A DNA stretch of 64,000 nucleotides from Massalongia carnosa (Eukaryota), in the NCBI GenBank assembly GCA_965645245.1, contig OZ287077.1, positions 806,001 through 870,000 on the forward strand, read 5' to 3'. Positions within the stretch are counted from its first letter, which is position 1, and the number at the start of each line of letters is the position of its first letter. The notes under the pieces are model-generated. The model did no database searches. It had not been told where the DNA came from and worked only from the letters and a program-made list of their open reading frames with translations. Positions 21,927 through 34,464 of the stretch are shown here, one piece after another. Both the position numbers and the translations under genes were made by a program.

Positions 21927-23718
21927 TTAAAACTCGGGATTATCTGAGAAATTTTCGATGTTGACAAAGCTAAAAGCAACCCGATGCTAATATCCCTACG
22001 CACAGAACCGCATGACTCGGAGAAGCAGACAGAATGAAGAAGAAATGCCAATAGCGGTCTTCGAACCATTTTGGACGAGAGTCTTAAAGCTCGAAATACC
22101 TGGCTTGAAGCGTTTTGTATGCACCGGCGAAATATGTTTCGGCTAATAGCATACCCGTAACAGTAAAAGCATGAAAATCATACCATTCTTGACATTCTGT
22201 AAGTACCTTTCTAGTGTGCGAATAATCACAAGCCCTGCATCTCCGTCTCTATCTTCAGCATCTCCATTCCTCCTTCAAACTTATGAATCCCTTTCATCTC
22301 AAGCCCCTCCCCCCCAAGAAAATGCAACACTCACTTCCTCTCTTCTCACATCCCCATCACAAGCCGCCCTCAAAGCATTCCCCGACCTCCAACCCCCACC
22401 TGATGTATGACAATCTCAAACTCTACCGTCATCCAATTTTTATCTATTATTGATCAACTCCATGTTTTTCATCTTCAATCCTCTCCACATCCTCCCGATC
22501 GGCGTATTCTTCCACTCACATATCTTAAGCCCCCTGCCATCCCTATTTCGGGGCCACAGCCCTTTGCCCAACCGATTCGCAGACAAAAGTCAACAAAACT
22601 CCCAACCAAGCTCAAGGATCCATCACCATCATACTCACCATATTCATCATATTCGTCACCCTCACGAAGGCACCTTACGAGGCGCGCGCGAAATTAACCC
22701 TTCCGTCCCTTTCGGCATTTCCTACCCGCCGCCGTCGTGCCACCGCCTCTCCTCGCTTCAGGGGGTGCAGTTGCCCCGATTCCTTAGCCTTCTCTCCCCT
22801 CCTTTTCCCCTCCTTAGGTAAGGTTAAAGCCTAACCGACGAACCTTCACGGCTTGCCGGATGACAAATGGACCTCGATGGCGACACTAACAACCCTGGAC
22901 TGGAGCGGGTAGATTGAAGATTTGCTTAGTTAGCTTGTTTTTTTCTGATTGTTGCAGCGAGTTTACTCTAGCTGCTGATTTTCCTATTTTTATGTTTGCG
23001 AAGACTGGTTTCACGAACGACTGTAGTAACCATAACCCTAGGAGCTTAGGATCAAAAACGGGACTTGATAACTGCCGAGAAAGACCCGCACTAGTCGTTA
23101 GCTCTACTCGAAAGAATCGCACATGCACCCCGCGCGGTCACGTCATTCGATACGTACTTGGTACGAGTACCTACTCAACCTCAGAAACTCCGCCTTACGT
23201 ACTCACACTCCCCCAAACGCCGTGAGACTCCTTCCACTGACGATATTTTTACGTTACGCGGAGGCACACGATCCCTAACGTACTTACTTGAGCTTTCTTT
23301 CTGGCCGCCGGATCGCGCCAGATCATGACCCCGCGTTCCATCGGGTCAGGTCGGTTCGATAAAAACAATAAAAAGCCAATAGGGGAAGAGGTCGATTACT
23401 AGTTAGCTAATTGGCGTCGTGAAGGCGTCATCATGGTCCAGGTCCCCCTTTCCCCGCAAATCCACTTGCCTGTTTGAGATCAAGAGCAGAATGAGGTGAT
23501 CCAGGGAGAGAGAGAGAGAGAGAAAGAGAGAGATTTTGGAACTAGTTTAAAAAAAGGGATTCCCCAATCGCCCTCAGGACATTCGTACAATCATCTGTTG
23601 GGAACGAGAAGAAAAAGAAAAAAGAAAAGAATAACCCTCCGTTCGTGACCAAAATTCTCTCACGCGCGCAGTTTAACTAGTTCCTCGGTTTGCAAATCCC
23701 GCAGAAGCCGAACGCAAA

Positions 23719-24324
23719 ATGGCCACGTCGGTGCAAGCAAACCTCCTTCGCAAGAACGCAGAGTATGCGTCCACTTTCCCACATGGTGATCTTGCCCTAC
23801 CGCCCGCCAAAAAGTATACAGTAGGCCCCCTAACCCCCAGAATCTAACTATGGCCGTTCCTGCCCGTGGTCCCAAACGAAAACGCGAAAGAAGCTGACCG
23901 GTCATACAATACATAGGTAGTAACCTGCATGGATGCTCGGATCGACCCGGCTGCGGCCTTCGGGATTGAGCTGGGCGACGCCCACGTCATCTGCAATGCC
24001 GGCGGGTCCGTCCGCGATGCTCTGCGCTCCATCGTCATCTCGGAGCAGCTCCTGGGCATGACGGAGCTGTTGGTAATCAAGCACACCGGCTGTGGCATGT
24101 TGACCTTTCGGAACGAAGACGCGTACAAGGTCGTCGAGGCGAACCTGGGGGCCGAGGGCAAGGACGCGCTAGGCGGCTTGGATTTCCTGCCGTTCCCGGA
24201 CCTGGACGACGCGGTCAGGGATGATGTGGCGTATGTGCAGCGGAGCAGGGCCGTTCCGGACAGTGTTACGGTTAGTGGGTGGGTGTATGAGGTGGAGACG
24301 GGGAAGGTGAGGGGGGTCAAGTGA
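23719..24324 (+). CDS. Beta-class carbonic anhydrase (clade D-like)
   Basis: Exon 1 MATS...LALPPAKKYT, intron 23821-23916, exon 2 VVTCMDARID..NAGG..IKHTGCGM..GWVYEVETG (Cys, Asp-x-Arg, His-x-x-Cys zinc site). Confidence 0.9.
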
Positions 24325-24677
24325 ATGTTGGGTGGGCGTTTGGGGAGGGGCAACGTGGTAACCACAGGCATCTTGGGATGAGATTGGGATTGGTGTAATG
24401 GAAAGTTAAGAGAACCGGGGGATCCGCTGTGCCGTGAAATGGAATGTCTGTCCCTGCACCCTGCATCGTTCGCGTATGAAGCGCGAGTTGTTCTCGAAAT
24501 TCTCTCCCGGTACTGTACTCTAAATGACCGAATAGAGCGAACCTTTGATCCTCGTTTCGCCCGATCATCTGGGTCATAGAGAAAACAAGGAACATCAAAC
24601 CCTCGAAACCAACGGAAAAAAAAAAACAAATCCCCAGAATACCTATGCGTCATGATCGAACCCTCAGAGCATGACCC

Positions 24678-26366
24678 TCACGCCGGACCAGACCGCGACC
24701 CCCCCCCCACCCGCCTTTCCGGCCCCCTAAACCCCACCTCGTCCCGATCCTCCCCTTTCCGAGGCCACAGGATCTGCCGCAAAACAATCGCCCGCACCAT
24801 CATGCCGAAAACCAGGCACCAGGCCAGCACCAGCACGGGCGTCAGGACGCAGCCGACCATCTCGATGGGGCGGGACCGGAACGCCTTGCCCACGGCGAAC
24901 GTGGCCGTCACTAGCGCCGTTTGCGGGAACACGAACGAGTAGAAGCTCATGGCGAATGCGGGGCGGTCGTCGCCCACGCAGGACCAGTGCGCTCCTACCG
25001 AGACGAAGAAGAACCACCACGCTAGCCTGTCCCGGGGCCGAGGGGGGGGGTAAAGTTAGCCACGAGTGGACTAAGCGGCTCTCGAGCACAGAAAGGGAAG
25101 TTTGGGGGGGGGGTGACTGCTTTAAAAAAATACACACACCCCCAAATCCAAAGACTCATCCAGTTGGCGACGACCTTTAGGATCGTGGAGACTAGCTCGC
25201 TGTTGCCCATGAGGTCTTGGGGCAACGCGCGATGGAGGTTGGCTGCCATGCCGATGAGGCCGGCGGCCGTAAAGCCACTGGGACCCACCGATACGAACAT
25301 CCCTGGCCGGATGCTCTCCCGGGGAAGCTTCTGGGTCATCAGCCGGTAGATGAAAGAGGCATATATCATCATCGCGACCAGAAACCCAATGCCCTGTATC
25401 GTGAACCCGCCGACGATGACATCAAAGGCTTGGTGGGGGGGCAGTCGAGCGCTTAGGATCGCGGCATGTGGGCCAACGATCAGGAGCGGGTATGCGGGGA
25501 AGATCCAGATGGGCGTCATCTGGTTGATGGTGAAGGCTTTCGTGGACCACCTTTTTAAGATGTTTTTAGCAGCTGCCTTTTGGAATCAGGGGAGTTTCCG
25601 CACATTAATAGATATATCCCGCTAGACGCTATGCATGCTAAGGCAGCGTCGATCCAAAACATCACCAGGACGGCCGAATCTAGCCAGGAGCCAGTCTTGG
25701 AAATCCCGTACTGCGAGATGTTGATCAGAATGGTGCCGAACGAGACTACGGCGCTGGGCACATAAAGTCGCTCCGTGGGATGCAGGAAAGACGCCCTGAA
25801 TGTCTCAGGGTGATAGTGGAAACGTAGAGAAATCAAGATTATATTGATGAGGAAGAGGATCACATTAAACAGGAAGAATAGAACACCAATAGTCTCAAGT
25901 CCTCGAAAACGATATGGGACTGATATTGAGCTATTAGAATTCGGCAATACAACCCTCATATGGCATGTAACTAATCACCTGAATATAAAACGTTGGCGAT
26001 TCCGCCCGTAGCCATTGTCATAGTGAAGTACGTCCATGTAAAATGTCGTAGACGTTCCTTCCACCCAAGCCTGTCCGGTATTCCCTGACTAAGACTTGCG
26101 GTACTAAGGTTTGGGGTATGTCCACTGAATACACCCGATATTGGGAGTCGAAGACGAGAGCCATTGTTGGATGGGCCTCCACGCCGGTATTGCTCTCTCG
26201 TTTGAGCAGCGTGTTGGTGGTAATCCTCGATGGTTGGGGTACGATAACCATCTTGCCCCAGAGGTAACATATGCCCTGGCAACGGTATGCCATCGCGCGC
26301 AACGATCTCTTCAAGCGTGTTCTGGGATTTCTCCGAAATAGCCGACTGAGAAGGTGGCTGCGTCAT
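24678..26366 (-). CDS. C4-dicarboxylate/malate transporter (SLAC1/TDT family, Mae1-like)
   Basis: [60 protein letters not shown]. Multi-exon. Confidence 0.88.
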
Positions 26367-26762
26367 GAATGCAGAATGTCGATCGCAGCGGTTTTGGATG
26401 AGAACATCGTAGGGTAGCGGTACAGAGATGGAATGCCCACATGGCGCTGGCAAAGTTTTGGGGTCAGTATGATCAATGATCAATGGTCGATGATCATCTG
26501 ATGATATTCCTCATGATATCCCCATGAGCTCGGCACGGACAGCTCCATACGGATACGAATACGAACATGTACAGCAATATACCTCTATCTTAAACAGCTG
26601 TCACCAATGCGATAGGCTGTTCAGCGAGGCAAACCGCAAAGATAACACTTGTGTCACTCCATGGATAGACTTCTTTAGTCTTGAGAAAGCTAGCTTCGTA
26701 CAGCGGGATTCCGGAGCTCGAGCGATATATGGGCAAAAATAACCATGACCTATCAGTAGTAT

Positions 26763-27660
26763 TTATATTGAGCCTTCAGTCTCTCCAGGATCATGGTCTA
26801 GATCCACATAACGGTAAACCCAATATGAGCAAAATGTAAACATCCCACCCGCAAGGGCCGCAACAACCAGGTACAACACAGCAATCTCCTCAAACGTTAA
26901 CGAAATCACTCAAAATGTTACAATAGGACCATGGAAAGAACGAGGAACAACTTACGTTGGAACCACTATTCCAAGCCTCCCCGCGAATAAGAGGTGTACA
27001 TACGTAAATCGTGAGTCCTGATAAAAAAGAGCATAAAGAATACGACATGAACATCATCGGGCATTGCCATATAAACACCATCTTCCACCGTGGTTTCCGC
27101 TGCCTCACAGGGGCATTCCCATCCATCTGAAGCTCCGTCTCGGAGCTTTGCTGCCGTATTTCCGTTAACATCAACGGGAGATAGCGGTCGACATGAGGTT
27201 TTATAGAGCGGGCGTCGACATGGGAGCGCCTTGCTTCAAGTAGTTGGACCACTGCAATCTGTTGCGCCGCCAGCATCATGCCGAGAATCGAGAGCACCAA
27301 GCTACAGTACCAGAGCGCCGGGGCGAGCCAGTAGGCGCCAAATGCGCTACTCCAGGAGAAGGCGCCTATTACTGCCGCAGCAAGGACGGCGCACTGGAAT
27401 CGCAAAGTGGTCAAATTAAGAGAGTGTACGAGCACGAATGGAGCAACGGAGTGAACATACGGCGATGGAGATGAACTGCAACTCGGCGAGCTTTTGGGTT
27501 CGCCAGCGTACGATAAGAATCGGTATCTCATGGGATTGAGGGGATAGTGAGCACAATAGTGCAATGCGAAGGATGGGCTGCATGGTGTTGAAGTGGAAGA
27601 AGCGATAATACGGCAAGGTGCCACAGTAGATGACAAGCCGAAGGATATGGTTAGGAAGTC
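26763..27660 (-). CDS. Hypothetical fungal membrane protein
   Basis: Exons WRTQKLAELQFISIA / CAVLAAAVIGAFSW..WQCPMMFMSYS / IAVLYLVVA..., joined by GT-AG introns, with several hydrophobic helices. Start uncertain. Confidence 0.6.
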
Positions 27661-29550
27661 GCTGTAAGTGAGATCGTGATTGTTAATGGATATCATTTTG
27701 TAGACGATGACTTGTTGTTAAAATGGAGAAAAATCGAAAAGGGTTCAGAGAGAGACAAAAGAACGCCACGAATGCTCGACAAAGTACAACGACATTCTGA
27801 AATGGAAAAGTACAGATACCTTCAACGAACTCCATATCTCTTGAGTCAATGCACTTAGCATTTTGGTTCTATGAATGGCTAAATGGCTAAATGGCTGTCC
27901 AGCCTGGAGCACTTATACTTAGCAGGTGGCTAGCTGTGGGAAAAAATAGAGTACTTAAAGCGCTTCTTTGCAAACAATAGTCTCGTGCCCCTCCATGCGC
28001 CCCCTTTTGCTTGAGGTGTTTAACAATCTTCGCTCCTATCATTTTTTTAAAAACAACAACAACAACAATGAGACATTTATAGCCTCAATTGACATTCATT
28101 TAGATCAACTACAGGCCCAGACCAGACAACGCCTGTGTCGAAATGGTCAAAAGAGTTTCATCACAAATGCATGCAACAAAGTAGCCAATAAACTTCGAGG
28201 TCGGGCAGGACGCAAGAGGGCCCCAGTCATCACTCCAGGAACGCTGAAATACGCCTGGGCCAAGAGAATCACATCGGAGGCACATAACCCTCCAACACCG
28301 ACACCAAATCCACCATGGGCCGAATCCCCCCCGAATCTCGTCCGAGAAATAGGGGAGGCACGCGCCGCTCATAACAAAATAACTGCTCAAATAAAAAAAC
28401 TACACACATTTGCATGGCAGGCCTCGTGGAGATCATATCAGGAACGCATACCCGTTCCCACCCCGGCACAATCAGGTTCACTCTCCAAAAAACGCATCAA
28501 ATTGCACGAAACTCTAGCCAAAGCGGAGAGCGCGCTAGCCATTCAGATACGCTCAGAAAAGATAGGCCTAGCCGCCTTCCTACATAGACACCGAGTCCCA
28601 GACGTCTCGTCCCCGAACTGCTCATGTGGCTGGCACAAACAGACTGCAAAACATGATCACATGTTTTGCAAACTCAACGACAACAGAAAAACTCTGCTAA
28701 ATACGATAGGCATAAACAACTATCGATTAATCACTGAATCATCTAAAGCAATGAAATTAGTCACAAAGTGGCTAATAAAGACAGGTTTGTTCTCACAATT
28801 TTCGCTGACAGCACAGCATCTATACTGCTAACAGTAGGCATGCTTTGTTTCATTTTTCATACTTGTCTTAGGTCAAAGGTTTTTTCATGGAGCACACGGC
28901 TAGGACCCGGAGGGTCCTCGGCCGGACACAGGATTGCATGGTTTTTCTTGCCTCAGTACTTCGTACCTCAGACCTGCCTTGCCCTCGCCACAGCTAAGCA
29001 TTTTCGGATTAGTATATAATTAGTCAGAAGCTAAGTCAATTTAGTTAAATGTTGCCTCAGTACCTCAGACGTGCGTGGCTCAATGAGCCGGCTAAGCCCC
29101 TCCGGGTTAGCCTATTTTCGCTAAGCCCCTTCGGGTTAGCGTCGCTGCTGACTAACATCAGTGCGATAGCACGTCTGAGCGCAAAACTCAAAATTACGGC
29201 CAGATCCGCGTAATAAAAATTTTAGCAGTGCAACCATTCCTTTTATGGATTTAATACAATGATTAGGGTCGTATTAGTTTACCAGAGACTGTATTTTATA
29301 CCAAAAACGCACCTCTCAAGATGGATGACTCGATAATCATGTGTTATAACTACTGTCAGGCTAAGAAAAGCGATGTGAAAGTCGATTAAGTGATAAATTG
29401 TTCGCTTTCGCTCAATTTTGAGGTTGATGAACTGATTATTTTCATGTGGCGCGATTACATTGAGTTACAAAGATCATGATGATATGAATAACGACGGCCA
29501 ATCAATGGTATTGTATGATTTATCTAGATTGAAGCTATCTGACGAAAGCC

Positions 29551-32229
29551 ATGGCTCTTGTCGGGGGCCCCTCCTCGCCACTTACCGACCTACGGACAAG
29601 TCCCTTGACTCCCGCCGGTGCGCTCAAGCGGCCCCACCCATCGCCGTCAGGCAGTAATGATAGCTCACCCTCTTCCTCCTCCCCTCCTGCCTTACCTGAA
29701 AAAAATGGAGGCGCGAAACGCCACCGCCGGCGCATATCAGATTACGACAAGCTGGTTGAGGTGCTTAAATTTCTGAGCTCTCTAAATTGGTCGGTAAAAG
29801 ATTTTTTATCAACACTTTGTAAGAATCGAGCCCGTCATAGTATGCGAAAGGCGCAAGGCCAGCTCTTCGATTTTGTCTATGTCGATATTGTGCGGCAAGA
29901 AGACTTTTCAAGCCTCATTGGGCCTGGTAGAATATCCACTATCCTTCGCGAGAGAGGATGGGTTTGGGCCGCGGATGTGCTTCGTGAAGAAATCAAAGCT
30001 TTGGCAGAGCACGCAGCCTTTGGCCCTTTCCAGCCGCCCTCTGCGACAGTCGAGTTTGGGACCTTGGAGGCTATTAAACTTGCTGCATCTGCCGCCAAGC
30101 AGTTGGCGCCACGATGGCTTGAGCTAATTGATAGTGTTTGTCGCGAGGCTCGCCCGCAGGAACCTCTCGATGTGACGTTGGATTCTCCCAGCGGCCGGCA
30201 CACCGTTATATTGGCAATGCTTTGTCACAAATTGCGACCAAATAAGGCGACCAATATTCAGTCCGTCTTAGGCCTTTATATTTATCAAGGTGGGGCGAGG
30301 CGGCGAGTTCTAGATACACTCTGTCATTTTGACCTGACGATGTCATATACTACCCTGCAGCGGCGCATGTTGTCCTTGATTAAGGAGGCCGAACGAAAGG
30401 TTCAGATGCTAGGACAAGGCTCAAACATGATCTTGACATACGATAACTTTGACTTCGCAGAAGGTAAACGAGGAGAGCGCACGGGGGATAATAGAGACGT
30501 CAGATCAATCACTACCGCTCTAATTTTCCAGGGGCAAGGATTCGATGCCGGCGCTTTGAGGCAGGATATGTGGCGCCCCGCCACGCATCTTTTATCAGCT
30601 GAAAGAATTGCGCGAAAGCTGGAGACTGGTGATCTCGAGATGCAGGTGAGTTCAATACAGGACGAGGTGTATATACCGCGCTCAATCGCTAATGCACCGC
30701 GTACCTAGATTCGTCTTCATCATCTAGAGTCAGCGATTCGAGCGCTTTATGGCCCAGAGATCGGCGACGTTCAACTTCCTTGGTCGACTGCAATGCCCGT
30801 GCTGAATAAGATGAAAAAATACAAGACCAATTACATTCCTATCAAACCAGTCATGAAGGATGAGAGCACAACATCTAATAATATTCAAATATTGGAGGAT
30901 ATATTTGTGCGACAGTTCAAGTTCAAGGAGGATGACTCGACGTTTGCGAGCGTCATTCGGCTTATCTATGGTGACCTCAAGACATGGTCGAGAATGCAAT
31001 CTGTCAAGGAATTACGTCGTGGGATATCGGAGCAATCTTTCGATCGGTTCGACTGGATTTTACCGGGATTAGGGTTATGGCATCTTCGCTTTAACATGCT
31101 GCAGCTTATTCATAAAATACATTGGGGAGAGGCCCAGCCGGTTGATCCTTCGACTCTTCAATATGCCGCCGATCGGTGGGGCCGCGCTCGTGTCGTGCAG
31201 CCGAACGATTTCCAGGCCTTAGAGGATCTGATCATTCAGAGCTATCAAGCTAGAATCGTTGGGACGTGGATTAGGTTTTTACGAAAGGATGGATATGCTC
31301 CGCAGCGAATCGAAGCAACTATTTCGTGGCTCACAGCGCAGACTTGCGGGCAGGATGGCACCTGGATGAATATGTTGGGCAGGATATCTCGCAAACTTCA
31401 CGCGGAATTACCCTCAACGTCAATAGATATGCTTCCTCCAACGCTTGATCAACAATTTCAGAATCATCAGAACTTCTGTGATCACGTTGAATCGTATCTA
31501 ACACTTCGATACGCAATCAAATATGCGGATATTGGACTACTTCGTCACGCATTGCGCCACGCAACGGTGATCTTTCAGGCAAGCGTAGCTGGCACCCCGA
31601 AATATGCGCAAGCTCTTCTATACACCCTTCATGCGATTGATTCTTCCGCAGCGACCATAAGGCTACAGGAAAGTATTTTAATGAATAGTCTTGTCAATTT
31701 ACGCGGTGACGAAGAGTCGAGTTTTGAGACTGATCGGCTTTTAGAGATACTAAACAATAACCTCAAGACGTTCCAGCACGAGCGATCTTATTTTTCAAAG
31801 TATAGTGACACCTTGCTCGAGAACTGGGCACTCAACGGTCCATATCTTATGAAGCTCAAAGAAATCGTTGAGTTTTACTTTGGAAGAGTCAACTCTTCAA
31901 GGCATCCAGCAAAATCGGCCGCAGAGGATGTGTGGGGCATGGCTACGGCACTAGCGCATAAATCACTCTATAAAAGAAGCTATGATCGATTTTCAACTAA
32001 TCCAACAGCTAATCTTTATGTTGAGGGATTGAAGAAACTTGGAGAAAATGTATTAAAATACAATCAGCAGTATCTTTCCGAAGAAATTTCAAAAGAAATT
32101 TCAACAGACGACCTTGAGGGTAAGTATGAAGCCGAGCCCGATTTTGTCAATGAAACAAAGCAGGTCCCCGACAGCCCTGTCATTTCAATGGCCCGTCTCG
32201 AGATATCCGGCGGTATGTTTTTTGATTAA
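29551..32229 (+). CDS. Putative Academ-type transposase (DUF6589-like), about 871 aa
   Basis: Intron 30646-30708 (GTGAG..GCTAAT..TAG) joins the 385- and 478-aa ORFs in frame. Motifs LTYDNFD, YGDLKT, GLGLWH, TDRLLEILNNNLK as candidate catalytic acidic residues. Confidence 0.78.
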
Positions 32230-32288
32230 ATCATCGATACCACGAGATAGCCTAGTCATGTAAATCCGCGCCGCGCGGCTTTACAGAG

Positions 32289-34464
32289 TCAGAGGTAGCG
32301 GACGGGGCACTTTCTTTCTTGTCTAGATCGTGTCGGAGGAAGGGCCATGGGTACATTCAGCGACAACGCTTCCATAGGATCTCGAGGCGCTTTTTTGGTC
32401 TTTGATGCCTTCATCGATGATTTAAGAGCATCAACATTGTCAACAACGAGCGCCGCATCGGAGATATTGTGATTAGGCGCAGGATTCTCGCCCGATGGCT
32501 CCGTGCTCTCGCTTTCCTTCGAGACTTTCTTCTTGACCGCATTTCGCTTTTTAAAAACCTTTCTCGACATATATCCTTGTTTGATCATCCAGTTTTTCCT
32601 CCGTTCCTCAAATTCAATACTGGCGGAGTTGCATGTTAGGCTGGGTAATCGTTTTCTCTTTATGTCGTTGTGTCGTTTCCATTCCTCGAACATGTCTCCC
32701 TCGTCTAATCTCATTGCTTGACCCCGCTTTAAAATTTCTAAAAGCTCGGCGCCGTAGGGCCTAATACCAGTCCATGTGTTACCAATCCATCGCCGCATGG
32801 TGGGCTCGTCCACAATCTGATCCGCCCAAGTGGTCAAAGAATTCAGTACCTCATCGGGCATTATCAATGATGGGAAGTATCGCATATGTGAATTTGGGAA
32901 CTTTTCCTGCGCCTTGGCCTCCCTCCATTCTCGAAGTTTAAGGGTGAACCAAGGCCGCCTAGACGAGTCACGCTCGGCCGTTCTATTTAACATCTCATTG
33001 GCGGCTGTTGATGTCTGAAAACTTGGATCGCAAATTGAACAGCAAGGTTGCGGCTTAACATAGGCCGACGTTGGATACACTTTATCATTGAAGAAATTCA
33101 AGCCAATACCTCGAACGCAACCATCTGAAGGCACATTGATTATCTCCCAAAGACCCGGTGGCATATCTCGTCGCCGATCAGCATCCTTTTGATTGATGCG
33201 GCGTTTACTGGCCTTGGATTCAATCTCGATTCCCGCGTCATATCCGTCCTGTTCGTCCATTTTTGATCCGCTTCTTGGACCCATGCACCAAGAAGGATGC
33301 AAAAGAGTAAAATGCGCCTGTCCTCGACCGCAACGCAAAGCACGACCTAAACGTTGGTATAGCTTCGCCATTGACGAGGGTAGCAGCCATTGCGTAACTC
33401 TCATAACGTCTGGATTATCAATACCAAGCCCGTATGCATCCGTTGCGATCAGGATTCGAGGAAATTTACATTGATTCGAGGGCATTTCGAAGCGAGCCGC
33501 AATCCTTTCTTTGTCTTGGGTGGCCATGTCGGAAAAGAAAGGCGCGACCCAACTAGCAGCCTCAATTGGATAGGACAATTGATTCATCCATACTTTCATT
33601 AGCGCACACGCCTTTTTGATAGATGAAATTGAATCCATGAAGATAATCGTTTTCGGAATATCAAAAGGACTCTCAGCCCGTGTTGGTAAAAGATGTTGAA
33701 GATCGATCATGCTGTTCATAGGCCGCTGTAGACTGCTTGTCTGTATGTATATCTCTGGACGATCAAGCGCTGTTTGAATAACAGTACTTTCGTTATCAAA
33801 GCCACAGCGATCTTTAACGCTCTCTAGGGTTCTTGGATCCAGCGTTGCAGACGCACCCAGAAAAGGAATACCATCTGGTAATCGTGTACGAAGCACACCG
33901 AGATTGAAGTATTCGGGCCGGAAATCTCGCCATTCGGATACAAGATGCATCTCATCAAGAGCTAAAAGACATAAATTCAAGAAGAAACTTGGATGCCTCA
34001 GAACCTCCTGATTAAACAGCTTTGACGTCGCTATCTCTGGGCTAGTAAAAACTATTCATATTAACGAGTAAGTTTTTATATTTATCTCAATCATAATTTG
34101 AATACACACCATGCGTATAATTGTTTTCACGAATTAACTTTAAATTAGAAGAATTATTACTATCACCGTCCAACACGAAAGGCTTGCATCCCTCGATAAC
34201 GCTCAATTTCTTGCACTGTTGAGCTTCTAAGGTCTTGAGAGGCATGATAATTAAAGCGATCTTAAGACAAGAGAACATTAATGGCATAGCTTGAAAGATA
34301 ATACTCTTTCCAAATCCAGTCTTGGCGATAAATATCAGATCCTTTTGATCTTGTGCTAAAGTCATGATAGCGTCAACTTGCTCATTCTTTGGATAAAAGC
34401 CGAATTTACTTAAAATCACGGTCGTCACCTGCTCGCGAGTTATCGACGCTATAGGATCGTCCAT
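32289..34464 (-). CDS. RecQ-like superfamily 2 helicase
   Basis: AKTGFGKS (motif I), IIMPLKTL, TSPE, DEMH, FRPEY, SAT, ATDAYGLGID, QRLGRALR, Cys cluster (CVR..CCSIC), HRDC-like tail. Intron 34052-34109. Confidence 0.92.

Noticed and set aside
23844..24653. 269-aa minus-strand ORF
   Set aside because: Antisense shadow of the GC-rich carbonic anhydrase exon.
32289..34464. Host Sgs1/RecQ gene or Helitron helicase
   Set aside because: It lies between TIRs with a TSD, lacks the long Sgs1 N-terminus, and is an SF2 DExH helicase rather than PIF1-type.
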